Below, piece after piece: positions 35,673 through 45,043 of a stretch of 64,000 bases of DNA. Below the pieces are notes generated by a model. The model saw nothing but the letters and a program-made list of their open reading frames with translations, made no database searches and was not told the DNA's origin. Numbering within the stretch: the stretch's first letter is position 1; every line of letters starts with the position of its first letter. A program made the translations under genes and the position numbers. This stretch comes from Bryobacterales bacterium (GTDB lineage Bacteria; Acidobacteriota; Terriglobia; Bryobacterales; Bryobacteraceae), in the NCBI GenBank assembly GCA_020851555.1, contig JADZCM010000014.1, positions 59,636-123,635 of the forward strand, written 5' to 3'.

Positions 35673-35813
35673 GTGGCGAAATTCAAAGCGGCGGGCAAGA
35701 AGAAGGCTTCCGCGAAGCGGCCGGGCGGCGCCATCCCCTGCATCATCCTGGTCGTCATGGCCGTCGTTCTGATGTCTCTCCTCTTCTACGCCATGCTGAA
35801 GAGCGCGTCCTGA
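35673..35813 (+). CDS. Candidate 46-aa membrane peptide upstream of rph
   Basis: The GTG-initiated ORF VAKFKAAGKKKASAKRPGGAIPCIILVVMAVVLMSLLFYAMLKSAS has a basic head and one TM helix. It ends 3 nt before rph. The RBS is weak or distant. Confidence 0.3.
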   Translation: MAKFKAAGKKKASAKRPGGAIPCIILVVMAVVLMSLLFYAMLKSAS

Positions 35814-35816
35814 GCC

Positions 35817-36536
35817 ATGCGTCCCGATGCCCGTTCCGCCTCCGAGATGCGCCCCGTGCGCATCACCACCGATTTCCTGCAAACCGCCGAGGGTTCGGCG
35901 CTCATCGAGGTGGGCCACACCAAGGTGCTGTGCGCCGCCACGCTCGACAATACGGTCCCGCACTTCCTGCGTAACTCGGGCCGGGGGTGGGTGACGGCGG
36001 AATACTCCATGCTGCCTCGATCCACGGTGGAACGCACCCCGCGTGAGATTTCCAAGGGACGTCCCAGCGGGCGCACGCAGGAGATTCAACGGCTCATCGG
36101 CCGCTCGCTGCGCTCCGTCGTGGATTTCACGCTGCTTGGGGAGAGAACCGTCATCCTGGACTGCGATGTTTTGCAGGCCGACGGCGGGACGCGCACGGCG
36201 GCCATTACCGGAGCGTTCCTCTCCATGGGAATCGCGCTCTCGCGGATGGTCGAGTGCGGGGGCCTGAAGTCCATGCCCGTTCGGGATTACGTGGCCGCGG
36301 TCAGCGTCGGGGTGGTGCAGGGGGAACCCCGCGTGGACCTGTGCTATGAGGAGGACTCGCGCGCGGAGGTGGACATGAACCTGGTGATGACCGGCGGGGG
36401 ACGGTTCATCGAGGTGCAGGCCACCGCTGAGCAAGCGCCCTTCGACGACGGGCAGTTGCGGGAACTGTTAGAACTGGGCCGCGTCTCCATCGCGCAGCTC
36501 ATCGAGATACAAAAGGGCATCGTCAAGCTCCGGTGA
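35817..36536 (+). CDS. rph: Ribonuclease PH
   Basis: MRPDARSASEMRPVRITTDFLQTAEGSALIEVGHTKVLCAA..., GRTQEIQRLIGRSLR and DCDVLQADGGTRTA are canonical RNase PH motifs. Confidence 0.95.
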   Translation: MRPDARSASEMRPVRITTDFLQTAEGSALIEVGHTKVLCAATLDNTVPHFLRNSGRGWVTAEYSMLPRSTVERTPREISKGRPSGRTQEIQRLIGRSLRSVVDFTLLGERTVILDCDVLQADGGTRTAAITGAFLSMGIALSRMVECGGLKSMPVRDYVAAVSVGVVQGEPRVDLCYEEDSRAEVDMNLVMTGGGRFIEVQATAEQAPFDDGQLRELLELGRVSIAQLIEIQKGIVKLR

Positions 36537-37138
36537 GACTCTACGCGGCCACCACGAACCCCGGCAAACTGCGGGAGTTCCGCCAGGCGGTGGAGCGGTT
36601 CGGGAGAGGACGGATCGAACTGCTGCCGCTCCCGGGCCTGGAGGACATTCCACCCTGCGAAGAGACCGGCGCCACGTTTGAAGAGAACGCCGCCCAGAAG
36701 GCGCTCTACTATAGCCGGCACGCTCCGGGGATGGTCTTCACCGATGACTCCGGTCTGGAGGCCGCGGCTCTGAACGGCGAGCCGGGGGTGCGCTCGGCGA
36801 GGTTCGCCGGCGAAGGCGCCGGCGATAAGGCCAATAACCGCCTTCTCCTCGAGCGGCTCGTTGGAAAGGACGACCGGCGGGCGCGCTTCGTGTGCGCCGT
36901 CGCGCTGGCCGAGGGCGGGCGGCTGCATGGGAGATTCCGGGGCGAGGTCGAGGGCTGGATCGTGGATGCCGAGCGCGGAGGCAATGGCTTCGGGTATGAT
37001 CCCCTCTTCTTTTACGCGCCCTTCGGCTGCACGTTCGGGGAGGCCAGCCCGGAGCGCAAGCTGGAAGTGAGCCACCGCGCCAGGGCCCTGGAACAAATGG
37101 TGCGCTGGCTGCTGCCGGCCGAGGCGGCCGGGGCGTGA
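36533..37138 (+). CDS. rdgB: Non-canonical purine NTP pyrophosphatase (RdgB/HAM1 family)
   Basis: GTGA overlap with rph. TNPGKLREF, FEENAAQKA, DDSGLEAAALNGEPGVRSARF, FGYDPLF and SHRARAL are family motifs. Confidence 0.9.
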   Translation: MRLYAATTNPGKLREFRQAVERFGRGRIELLPLPGLEDIPPCEETGATFEENAAQKALYYSRHAPGMVFTDDSGLEAAALNGEPGVRSARFAGEGAGDKANNRLLLERLVGKDDRRARFVCAVALAEGGRLHGRFRGEVEGWIVDAERGGNGFGYDPLFFYAPFGCTFGEASPERKLEVSHRARALEQMVRWLLPAEAAGA

Positions 37139-37767
37139 GCCTCCTCATCGACGCCGCCGTGCGCCGCTTCCGGGCCGACCGGATGAGGCGCTTCGCCGCC
37201 GCCTTCGGCGTGAGCGGGCAGACCCGGGTGCTGGACGTGGGCGGCACCCCGCTGAACTGGCTGCTGGCCGAGGTCAGGCCGCGGGTCACGCTGCTGAACA
37301 TGCCGCGCGCCAGGGAGCCGCTTCCCTCCGGCTTCGAAATGATCTTCGCAAGCGGCTGCGAACTCCCCTTCCCGGGCCGGTCCTTCGACGTGGTCTTCAG
37401 CAACTCGGTGATCGAGCACATCGGCGACCCGGCCGCCCGCCGCCGGTTCGCGGACGAGATCCGGCGCGTGGGAAGAAGCTTCTGGGTGGAAACGCCCAAC
37501 CGCTGGTTTCCGGTAGAGCCGCACCTCTGTACGCCGTTGCTCCATTTCCTTCCCCGGCGGTGGCAGGAGTGGCTTGCGTGGAAGGGAAGCGTATGGGAAG
37601 TGTTGGAACGCCCCACTCCGGATCGCCGGGAGTTTTACATCCGGCACTATCTGAACGATATACGGCTGCTGGACGCGGCCGAGCTGGCGGGGCTGTTCCC
37701 CGGAGCCCGGATTGTGCGGGAGCGCTTTCTGGGCGTCACCAAGTCGCTGGTTGCGGCAGGGACATAG
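37135..37767 (+). CDS. Class I SAM-dependent methyltransferase
   Basis: GTGA overlap with rdgB. VLDVGGTP (motif I) and FDVVFSNSVIEHI are present. Confidence 0.75.
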   Translation: MSLLIDAAVRRFRADRMRRFAAAFGVSGQTRVLDVGGTPLNWLLAEVRPRVTLLNMPRAREPLPSGFEMIFASGCELPFPGRSFDVVFSNSVIEHIGDPAARRRFADEIRRVGRSFWVETPNRWFPVEPHLCTPLLHFLPRRWQEWLAWKGSVWEVLERPTPDRREFYIRHYLNDIRLLDAAELAGLFPGARIVRERFLGVTKSLVAAGT

Positions 37768-37782
37768 GAGCGCCGAGCGCCC

Positions 37783-39027
37783 CTATTTCCCAGCGATGGT
37801 CTCGACGATCGCGTCGCCGCTGGTGAACAACTCGGGCCGGATGCGCGCGCCGATGCCCGGCAACTCGGGCGCCGCCACCGTTCCCTTCTCCGGCACCGGG
37901 ACGTTCGAAACGAAATGCGGAAACTGGTGCGTGTACTTCCAGTAGTTGCTCTCCATGATGAGGAAGTTCGGAACCGCCATGCAAAGGTGCGTGGAGCAGA
38001 AGTACAGCAGCGGCCCGCCGCAGGTGTGCGGAGAAGTGGGGATCAGGTAGGTGTCGGCCAGGTCGGCGATCTTCTTGGCCTCCGAAACGCCGCCGCACCA
38101 GGTCAGGTCATACATCACGACGTCGCAGGCGTGAAGTTCCAGGAACTCCCGGTACTCGTAGCGCGTCGCCAGGGTCTCGCTCATGCAGATCGGAACGCTG
38201 GTCTCCCGCGCGAGTTGCGCGTAGGCCTGGGGGTTCGCGTTCAGCATGGCGTCCTCCAGATACAGGATGTTGTACGGCTCCAGTTCGCGCGCGATGCGCT
38301 GGGCGCTGGCCAGATCGAAACGTCCCCACAGGTCGACGCAGATGTCCATCTGGTTACCGAATTTGTCCCGGATATCCTTGATCCAGCGCATGCCGTTGTC
38401 GAGCGCCTGGTTGGAGAGGTAGCCGTCGCGCGCGCTGAAGGGGTAGATCTTCATGGCGGTGATGCCGCGGTCCAGAAGAAAGCCGGCGATCTTGAGAGTG
38501 TCGGGTCCCATGCGGGTGTTGTCGATGGCCCAGTAGTCCGTAGTCGTGTTGTACACACGCACGCGCGCCCGCGTCCTGCCGCCGAGCAAGCGGTACAGAG
38601 GCAGCCCGGAGGACTGGCCCAGGATGTCGAGTTGGGCCATGTTGACGGCGCTGAGCGCGCGCATGTCGGCGCCGCCCGCATTGCGCATGGACATGCCGTG
38701 GTAGTAGTTGCGCCAGAGGCCGTCGATATCGCGCGGGTCGCGCCCCAGTATCTGCGAGGAGTAGTCCTTGAGGGCTCCGATCTCGGCGTTCGAATAGGGA
38801 TAGGTCTCTCCCGTGCCGACGATGCCCCGGTCGGTGTGGAGGCGGACCCAGAAGAACTCGGTGGTCCCGTTGCCGCCCGAGCCGCCGCCGATCCTCAGAT
38901 CGCGCCTGAAGGTGACGGCCTCTACGCGCGTGATCTTCATCGGCTCGCTGGCATCCTGAGCGGCTTTGATCGCCGCCGGCGCAATCGCCGCCCCGGCGGC
39001 GGCGGGCAGGAAGCTTCTCCTCGTCAT
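37783..39027 (-). CDS. Enolase-superfamily (mandelate racemase/muconate lactonizing) enzyme with Tat-like signal
   Basis: MTRRSFLPAAAGAAIAPAA is Tat-like. It has an MR_MLE N-terminal capping domain and metal-ligand regions (VDLWGR, LEDAM, SETL, SPHTCGG). Confidence 0.8.
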   Translation of the reverse strand: MTRRSFLPAAAGAAIAPAAIKAAQDASEPMKITRVEAVTFRRDLRIGGGSGGNGTTEFFWVRLHTDRGIVGTGETYPYSNAEIGALKDYSSQILGRDPRDIDGLWRNYYHGMSMRNAGGADMRALSAVNMAQLDILGQSSGLPLYRLLGGRTRARVRVYNTTTDYWAIDNTRMGPDTLKIAGFLLDRGITAMKIYPFSARDGYLSNQALDNGMRWIKDIRDKFGNQMDICVDLWGRFDLASAQRIARELEPYNILYLEDAMLNANPQAYAQLARETSVPICMSETLATRYEYREFLELHACDVVMYDLTWCGGVSEAKKIADLADTYLIPTSPHTCGGPLLYFCSTHLCMAVPNFLIMESNYWKYTHQFPHFVSNVPVPEKGTVAAPELPGIGARIRPELFTSGDAIVETIAGK

Positions 39028-39112
39028 GCGGACCTCCTGATTCCCTCAAGGATACACCGGCTCTCCATCAGAGGTTCCGTAACCACCCGCCGGCCCAGCC
39101 CGCGCGAGCCGG

Positions 39113-39637
39113 CTACTTCGCACGGCCGGACTGCCAGAGGAGGAACGCCGCAATGGTCTTGCCGTCGATCAAACGGCCGGTGCGGATCATGCGGCTGATC
39201 TCGCCCGGCGTGAACCAGCGGGATTGGATGCGCTCGTCGGGCATCTGCCGCGGCTCGCCCTTAATCAGGCTCGTGGCCAGAAAGACCGTCATCTTCTCGG
39301 CGATGTAGCCGGGGCTGGGATAGAACGACAGGAGCTTGCTCCACCTGCGGGCGCGGTATCCCGTCTCTTCTTCCAGTTCCCGGCGCGCCGCCTGGAGGGG
39401 CTTCTCTCCGGGGTCGAGCCGCCCGGCGGGAAGCTCCCACAGCTTGGCGCGCGCGGGCAGCCGGTACTGCCGGACCAGCAGGAGACGTCCACGCCCGTCA
39501 ACGGCCATCATCACCGCCGAGCCGGCGTGCTGCACGACGGAGCGTTTGATCTCGAACCCGTCCGGGTCCACGGCGCGATCTTCGGTCACCCAGAACAGGC
39601 CGCAACGGTAGCGCTCGCGGGAAGAGATGAGCTTCAT
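39113..39637 (-). CDS. NUDIX hydrolase (ADP-ribose pyrophosphatase-like)
   Basis: The Nudix box is GRLDPGEKPLQAARRELEEETGY. Confidence 0.85.
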   Translation of the reverse strand: MKLISSRERYRCGLFWVTEDRAVDPDGFEIKRSVVQHAGSAVMMAVDGRGRLLLVRQYRLPARAKLWELPAGRLDPGEKPLQAARRELEEETGYRARRWSKLLSFYPSPGYIAEKMTVFLATSLIKGEPRQMPDERIQSRWFTPGEISRMIRTGRLIDGKTIAAFLLWQSGRAK

Positions 39638-41040
39638 TATTCCGCTTTTTCGAGAGTGACCTTGCCGAACTTCTCCAGGGTCTTGGCGATCTGCGCCGCG
39701 TCCCCCACCACCACGATGCTGGCGCCGCCCGCAGCCATATAGCGCGCCGCGGCTTTCTGGATGGCGGCAGGCCCCACGGCGCGGATGCGCGCGGTGAAGG
39801 TTTCCAGGTAGCTCTCAGGCAGCCCCAGCAGCTTCATGTTGGCGAGCTGGGAGGCCAGGCCCGCCTGTGTTTCCAGGCCCAGGACGAAGGTGCCGCTCAG
39901 GTAGTTCTTTACGTCTTCAAGTTCGCTCTCCGCGACCGGTTGCTTGACCAGCGCATCCAACTCGGCCTCCACGGCTTTGAGCGCGGGTTCCAGCACTTCG
40001 TTGCGCACCTGGGTCACGGTGGTGAACAGGCCCGCGTTCTTGCGCGGCGCGTTGCTGCTGTGCGCGTCATAGGCGAACCCCTGCTTCTCCCGGATGTTCA
40101 TGAACATCCGGGAACTGGCGCCGCCACCCAGGATGGTATTGGCGACCACCACCGGGAAGTAATCCGGGTCGAGCCGGTCCACGCTCAGGCGCCCGACGCG
40201 GATATCGGCCTGCACGGAGCCGGGCCGGTCGATGAGCGTGATGCTGCGAGCCGCCGCGGGGAACCTGGGCGCGGGCCGCGCCGCGAGCGGCTGCTTCTTC
40301 CACGCGTCAAAACGCCGCCGGATGAGGCCCAGCGTCTGCTCGCGCGGGGGGATCGCCCCCAGGAGTATCAGGACTGCGTTGTTGGCGGCCAGATGAATGT
40401 CGCGGAATTGCGCCAGCGCCTTGCGGTCAAGCTTCGCGATGGATTCGGGCGTGGGATTCTCCCGGCTGTAGGGATGAGAACCGAAGACCACGGCAGTGAT
40501 CTTCTGGTCCGCCCAGAAGGCAGCCTCGGAGCGCTCGGCGAGGAGTTCCTGCGTGCGGCGGTTCCGGTAGAGCTTGACCTCGTCCTCGGGAAAGGCGGCG
40601 TTCAGGGTGACGTCCGCCAGCAGATCGAGCAGCTTCGGAAGGTTCTCCGCCAGCGCGCCGGCGGAAACCGTGAGCCCGTCGGGACCGGACGCGGCCCGCA
40701 TGGACGCCCCGATGTCCGCCAGTTCCTCCGCGATCTGCCGCGAGGTGCGCGCCCGGGTGCCCTCGGTCAGGAGCGAGCCGACCGCTTCCGAGAGGCCGGG
40801 CAGGTCTTCGGGGTCGAACTTGGCTCCTGCCTCGAAGGCCAGCCGCAGCGTCACCAGGGGAAAGCGCCGGTCCTCCACCAGCACCACGCGCAGGCCGTTG
40901 GGTAGAACCGTTTCGAAGACCGGCGGGAGCTTGAACGGCGGGAGCGCTCCGGTCTGGGGAGGTCTGGTGCGGTCGATGGTCTGAGCAGAGAGGGTCATGG
41001 CGGCTATCAGGGCGGTCAGGGTGAACCGTGTGCGTCTCAT
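39637..41040 (-). CDS. M16 family peptidase, non-catalytic-type subunit
   Basis: Start at ATG 41040 (MRRTRFTLTALIAAMTLSAQT), with an ATGA overlap on the upstream M16 gene. It has the pitrilysin fold but no HxxEH. The longer ORF extension is rejected. Confidence 0.8.
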   Translation of the reverse strand: MRRTRFTLTALIAAMTLSAQTIDRTRPPQTGALPPFKLPPVFETVLPNGLRVVLVEDRRFPLVTLRLAFEAGAKFDPEDLPGLSEAVGSLLTEGTRARTSRQIAEELADIGASMRAASGPDGLTVSAGALAENLPKLLDLLADVTLNAAFPEDEVKLYRNRRTQELLAERSEAAFWADQKITAVVFGSHPYSRENPTPESIAKLDRKALAQFRDIHLAANNAVLILLGAIPPREQTLGLIRRRFDAWKKQPLAARPAPRFPAAARSITLIDRPGSVQADIRVGRLSVDRLDPDYFPVVVANTILGGGASSRMFMNIREKQGFAYDAHSSNAPRKNAGLFTTVTQVRNEVLEPALKAVEAELDALVKQPVAESELEDVKNYLSGTFVLGLETQAGLASQLANMKLLGLPESYLETFTARIRAVGPAAIQKAAARYMAAGGASIVVVGDAAQIAKTLEKFGKVTLEKAE

Positions 41041-42398
41041 TTCTCCGGCTTCTCCGCCGGCGGCGCCGGCACGATCTCCAGGATGGAGCGCCTCTCCGGG
41101 GCACAGTACTTCCGGGCGGCGGCTTGAACTTCGGCGGGTGTGACCGCCAGGAAGGAGGCCATCTCGGTATTGATGAAATCCGGGTTCCCGTCGAGCAATT
41201 CGTACTGCCCTAGCTGCCGCGCGCGCTGCATGGAGCCTTGCAGGCGTGAGATGGTGGCGGCGCGGAAGAAGGTCTTGACGCGGTTCAGGTCCTTGTCTTC
41301 GACGCCGTCCCGCTGGACTCTGGCGATCTCCTCCTGCACCTGCTGCACGATTTCGGCGCCCTTGAAAGCCGGGTTGTGGAGCAGGAAGATGGCGTACTGG
41401 CCCGGGTCCTTGTAGTCGCCAACGCCGGCAAACGGCCACCCCAGATCGGCCTGGTACTGGATCACCGACTGCTTGCCCTTCACCAGGTTCTGCTGAAAGC
41501 GCGAGCTCTCGCCGCCGGTCAGCAGGACATCGAGCATCCCCAGCGCATAGTAGTCGGGGCTGCGCCGCGCGGGACCGGGGTACCCGATCACCACCGCGGG
41601 AACCTGCGCCAGCGGATCCCGGTAGACCTCCGAGCGGCCCGCGCCCTCGGCGGGCTCGGACAGGTCCGGGTGCTGGGGCTGCGGCTGAGACGGGATGTCT
41701 CCGAAGTACGTGGCCACCAGGCGCTTGGCTTCAGCCGGGTCGAGGTCGCCGGCCAGGACCAGGATGGCGTTGTTGGGCGCGTAGAAGGTCTTGAAAAACC
41801 TGGCGACGTCCTCCACGGAGGCCGCGTCCAGGTCCTCGAAAGACCCGATGAGCGAGTGCGAGTTCTGCCAGTTCCGGAAGGCGAGCAGGGGCCAGCGGTC
41901 CACGATGGCAGTGTTGTAGGGCTGATTGTCGAAGTTCAGGCGCCGCTCCTGCTTGACGGCGTCCTTCTGATTCGCCAGGTTCTCCTGGTTGATGGCCAGC
42001 GAACGCATGCGGTCGGACTCCAGCCAGAGTCCCACGGCCAGCTTGTTGGAGGGCAACACCTCGAAGTAGTCGGTGAAGTCCGGGTGGGTGGAGCCGTTGA
42101 GCGTCCCCCCGTTGGATTCAACCAGCTTGAAGTGCTGACCCTTGGGGGCGTTGGCGCTGCCCTGGAACATCATGTGTTCGAAAAGGTGCGCGAACCCGGT
42201 CCGCCCCTTCTCTTCGGAGCGGGCCCCCACGCCGTAGATGATGTAGACACTGACCACGGGCACCGACTTGTCGGGCGAGAGGATCACTCGCATGCCGTTT
42301 GCCAGCGTGTACTTCTCAAAAGGAATCCTGAAATCCGTAGCTGCGAGCATAACACCGCCGGCGCACATGGCCAGAACCGCGCCCCCGATTGATCTCAT
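41037..42398 (-). CDS. M16 family zinc peptidase (catalytic subunit)
   Basis: It has a signal peptide. The inverted zinc motif is HLFEHMMFQG (HxxEH). Confidence 0.88.
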   Translation of the reverse strand: MRSIGGAVLAMCAGGVMLAATDFRIPFEKYTLANGMRVILSPDKSVPVVSVYIIYGVGARSEEKGRTGFAHLFEHMMFQGSANAPKGQHFKLVESNGGTLNGSTHPDFTDYFEVLPSNKLAVGLWLESDRMRSLAINQENLANQKDAVKQERRLNFDNQPYNTAIVDRWPLLAFRNWQNSHSLIGSFEDLDAASVEDVARFFKTFYAPNNAILVLAGDLDPAEAKRLVATYFGDIPSQPQPQHPDLSEPAEGAGRSEVYRDPLAQVPAVVIGYPGPARRSPDYYALGMLDVLLTGGESSRFQQNLVKGKQSVIQYQADLGWPFAGVGDYKDPGQYAIFLLHNPAFKGAEIVQQVQEEIARVQRDGVEDKDLNRVKTFFRAATISRLQGSMQRARQLGQYELLDGNPDFINTEMASFLAVTPAEVQAAARKYCAPERRSILEIVPAPPAEKPEK

Positions 42399-42426
42399 GA
42401 AACTCCTGCTGCTCTCAGTGGGTCTG

Positions 42427-44133
42427 CTAGGTCCATGATATCGCGGTATTCAGGACGTCGGCTGCCTCCAGCCATCCGCGGCGCGCCGTCAGGACGCCAT
42501 AACGCATGTTGGCCAGGTGCTTGGGGTGGTGGGCGTCGGTGGAGATGACGAACCTGACGCCGCGCTGCTTGGCCAAGCGGAGCAGCGGAGCGTCCAGGTC
42601 CAGGCGTTCCGGGCTGGCGTTGATCTCGAAGGCGACGCGCCGCTCTGCGGCCCGCGCCGCCACGCGCTCGAAGTCGAACGGGAACGCTTCGCGTTGCAGC
42701 AGCAGGCGTCCCGTGGGGTGGCCCAGGACTCGGACGTAGGGGCACTCCAGGGCGCGGAGCAGCCGGTCGGTCATGGCCGCCGGTTCCAGATTCATGTAGC
42801 TGTGGACGCTGGCGACGACCAGGTCCAGGGCCGCCAGCGCCTCGTCCGCCAGGTCCAGGGAGCCGTCCTTACGGATGTCACACTCGATGCCCGAGAGCAC
42901 CCGTATGCCCAGAGCGCCTTGGTCCAGGCGCCGGACCCGCTCGGCGAAATCGAGGACGCGCCGCTCGTCGAGCCCGTTGGCCATCGCCAGCGCCTTGGAG
43001 TGATCGGTGATGGCGATGTAACGGTATCCCAGGGCTCTGGCCGCCTCGGCCATGTCCTCCAGCGTGGCGTGGCCGTCGCTGGCGGTCGTGTGCATGTGGA
43101 GGTCGCCGCGGATATCGGCGAGTTCAATCAGGCGCGGCAGGCTGCCTTCGGCGGCGGCTTCGATCTCCCCCTGGTTCTCGCGCAGTTCCGGCGGAATCCA
43201 TGCCAGGCCCAGCGCCTGGTACACACCCTCCTCGGTCTCGCCCGCAATGCGCGCGTCGCCGTCCGTCCGGAACAGCCCGTATTCGCTGAGTTTCAAGCCC
43301 AGCTTGACGCAGCGTGTTCTCAGGGCGATATTGTGCTCCTTGCTGCCGGTGAAGTACTGAAGCGCGGCCCCGTAGCTCTCCGAGGGGAGGGCGCGCACGT
43401 CCACTTGAAGGCCCTCGAATCCCAGCCTGGCGCTGGCCTTGTTGGGGCCTTTGCCGAGCACCTCGGACACCCTGGGGTGTGTGACGAAACGGTCCAGCGC
43501 CCGGCAGGCGTTCGGGCCGGTGACCAGGATGTCCAGGTCGCCGACGGTCTCCTTGGCGCGGCGCAGGCTCCCCGCCGGGGTCACGTGATCGATTCCTTCC
43601 CCTTCCGCAAGATAGGCGGCCAACTCCGATGCCGCCTCGTCCGCGAAGCTCAGAAGGAAGCGCCCCGCCCGCTTCCGGTAACTCGCAATGGAGCGGAGGA
43701 CCTTTTCCTCGAGCTTCGCGCCCATGCGCGGGAGCAGGCGCAGTTTCTGATCCAGGCACAGCCGCTCCAGGTCGTCAATGGTGCTCACCCGGTAGTGCTC
43801 CCAGATGAGAGCGATGCTTTTGGGACCGAGTCCCTGAATCTTGAGAAACTCCAGGGCCGTCGGAGGGTACTTCTCCAGAAGCTGGTCGCGGCGCTCGAAG
43901 GAGCCTCGGGCCGCGATTTCCCGGAGCACGGCGGCCAGGCCCTTCCCAATGCCGGGGATCTCCGTCACGCTGCGCGCGGGGTTGCTCAGCAGATCCAGGA
44001 CCGGTTCGGGATGGCTCTCGACAGCGGCCGCGCCGTTGCGGTAGCTGCGAATGCGGAACGGGTCTTCGCCGGCGATCTCCATCAGGTCGGCGGTCTCGGC
44101 CAGAAGCCGGGCGATCTCCCTATTCCCGAGCAT
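42427..44133 (-). CDS. polX: DNA polymerase/3'-5' exonuclease PolX
   Basis: The N-terminal Pol beta-like domain starts NREIARLLAETADLMEIAGEDPFRIRSYRNGA, with GIGKGLA HhH and GDLDILV. The C-terminal PHP domain has GDLHMHTTASDG and HPTGRL. Confidence 0.92.
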   Translation of the reverse strand: MLGNREIARLLAETADLMEIAGEDPFRIRSYRNGAAAVESHPEPVLDLLSNPARSVTEIPGIGKGLAAVLREIAARGSFERRDQLLEKYPPTALEFLKIQGLGPKSIALIWEHYRVSTIDDLERLCLDQKLRLLPRMGAKLEEKVLRSIASYRKRAGRFLLSFADEAASELAAYLAEGEGIDHVTPAGSLRRAKETVGDLDILVTGPNACRALDRFVTHPRVSEVLGKGPNKASARLGFEGLQVDVRALPSESYGAALQYFTGSKEHNIALRTRCVKLGLKLSEYGLFRTDGDARIAGETEEGVYQALGLAWIPPELRENQGEIEAAAEGSLPRLIELADIRGDLHMHTTASDGHATLEDMAEAARALGYRYIAITDHSKALAMANGLDERRVLDFAERVRRLDQGALGIRVLSGIECDIRKDGSLDLADEALAALDLVVASVHSYMNLEPAAMTDRLLRALECPYVRVLGHPTGRLLLQREAFPFDFERVAARAAERRVAFEINASPERLDLDAPLLRLAKQRGVRFVISTDAHHPKHLANMRYGVLTARRGWLEAADVLNTAISWT

Positions 44134-45025
44134 GGCCCGGCGTCTCCACCAGCGGCGGGTGAGGCTCGACGTGCACCAGCACGTCGGCCACCCATTCCAG
44201 TTCGGCCACGATTTGGCCGCGCACCCGCATGGCGATATCGTGGGACTCGCGGACGGTCATTGCGGGGTCCACCTCCAGGTGCAGATCCACGTGGTGCTGG
44301 AGGCCGGTGTTGCGCGCGAAGCACTTCTCCACTCCCAGCACTCCGGGCACGGCGAGCGCCACGCGCCGTATGTCGTCCATCATGGCCGGCTCCGGCATGG
44401 TGTCCATGAGTTGATAGGTGGTGTCGCGGACCACGCGCAACCCCAGGAACACCACAATCAGGCCCACGGCGAAACCGCCGTAGTGATCGGCCGAAGTGAA
44501 CCGGACCGGATCGTACAGCGTGAGGCCCAGCCCCGCCAGGGCAGCGAAGCCGGACAGGACATCCACCATGTCGTTCCAGGCGTCCGCCACGAGCGCCGAA
44601 CTCCTGATTTTCCGGCCGAAGTGGAACTTGATGGGAGACAGCGCGCCCTTGAAGGCGATGGAAACCACCAACGGCCAGACCGCGTAGGACGCGGGCGGCG
44701 GGCCCTGCGAGCCCAGGTTCGCCAAAGACCGGACGCAGATGACTACCCCCGTTCCCGCCAGCAGCATGCCGACGGCTCCGCCCGTCAGCGTCTCCAGCCG
44801 GCCGTGCCCGTAAGGGTGCTTTTCGTCCGCCGGCTTGCCGGCCAGCACGAGGCCGAAAAGAACCACGCTGGAGGCGAAGACGTCGCTCGCCGATTCGACG
44901 CCGTCGGCGACCACGGCCGTGGATCCGGCCATCAGCCCCACGACGATCTTCGCCGTCGCCAGGAGGGCGCAGATGCCCATGCTGATCAGGGCGATCCGCT
45001 TCCCGGAGCTGTACGCAGAGGCCAT
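44120..45025 (-). CDS. Cation diffusion facilitator (CDF) family transporter
   Basis: It has six TM helices. The motifs ADGVESASDV and ADAWNDMVDVLS (metal-site HD/DD pairs) are present, followed by a C-terminal cytoplasmic domain HLEVDPAMTVRESHDIA. Confidence 0.85.
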   Translation of the reverse strand: MASAYSSGKRIALISMGICALLATAKIVVGLMAGSTAVVADGVESASDVFASSVVLFGLVLAGKPADEKHPYGHGRLETLTGGAVGMLLAGTGVVICVRSLANLGSQGPPPASYAVWPLVVSIAFKGALSPIKFHFGRKIRSSALVADAWNDMVDVLSGFAALAGLGLTLYDPVRFTSADHYGGFAVGLIVVFLGLRVVRDTTYQLMDTMPEPAMMDDIRRVALAVPGVLGVEKCFARNTGLQHHVDLHLEVDPAMTVRESHDIAMRVRGQIVAELEWVADVLVHVEPHPPLVETPGHARE

Positions 45026-45043
45026 GCCCGCAGGATATCAGGG

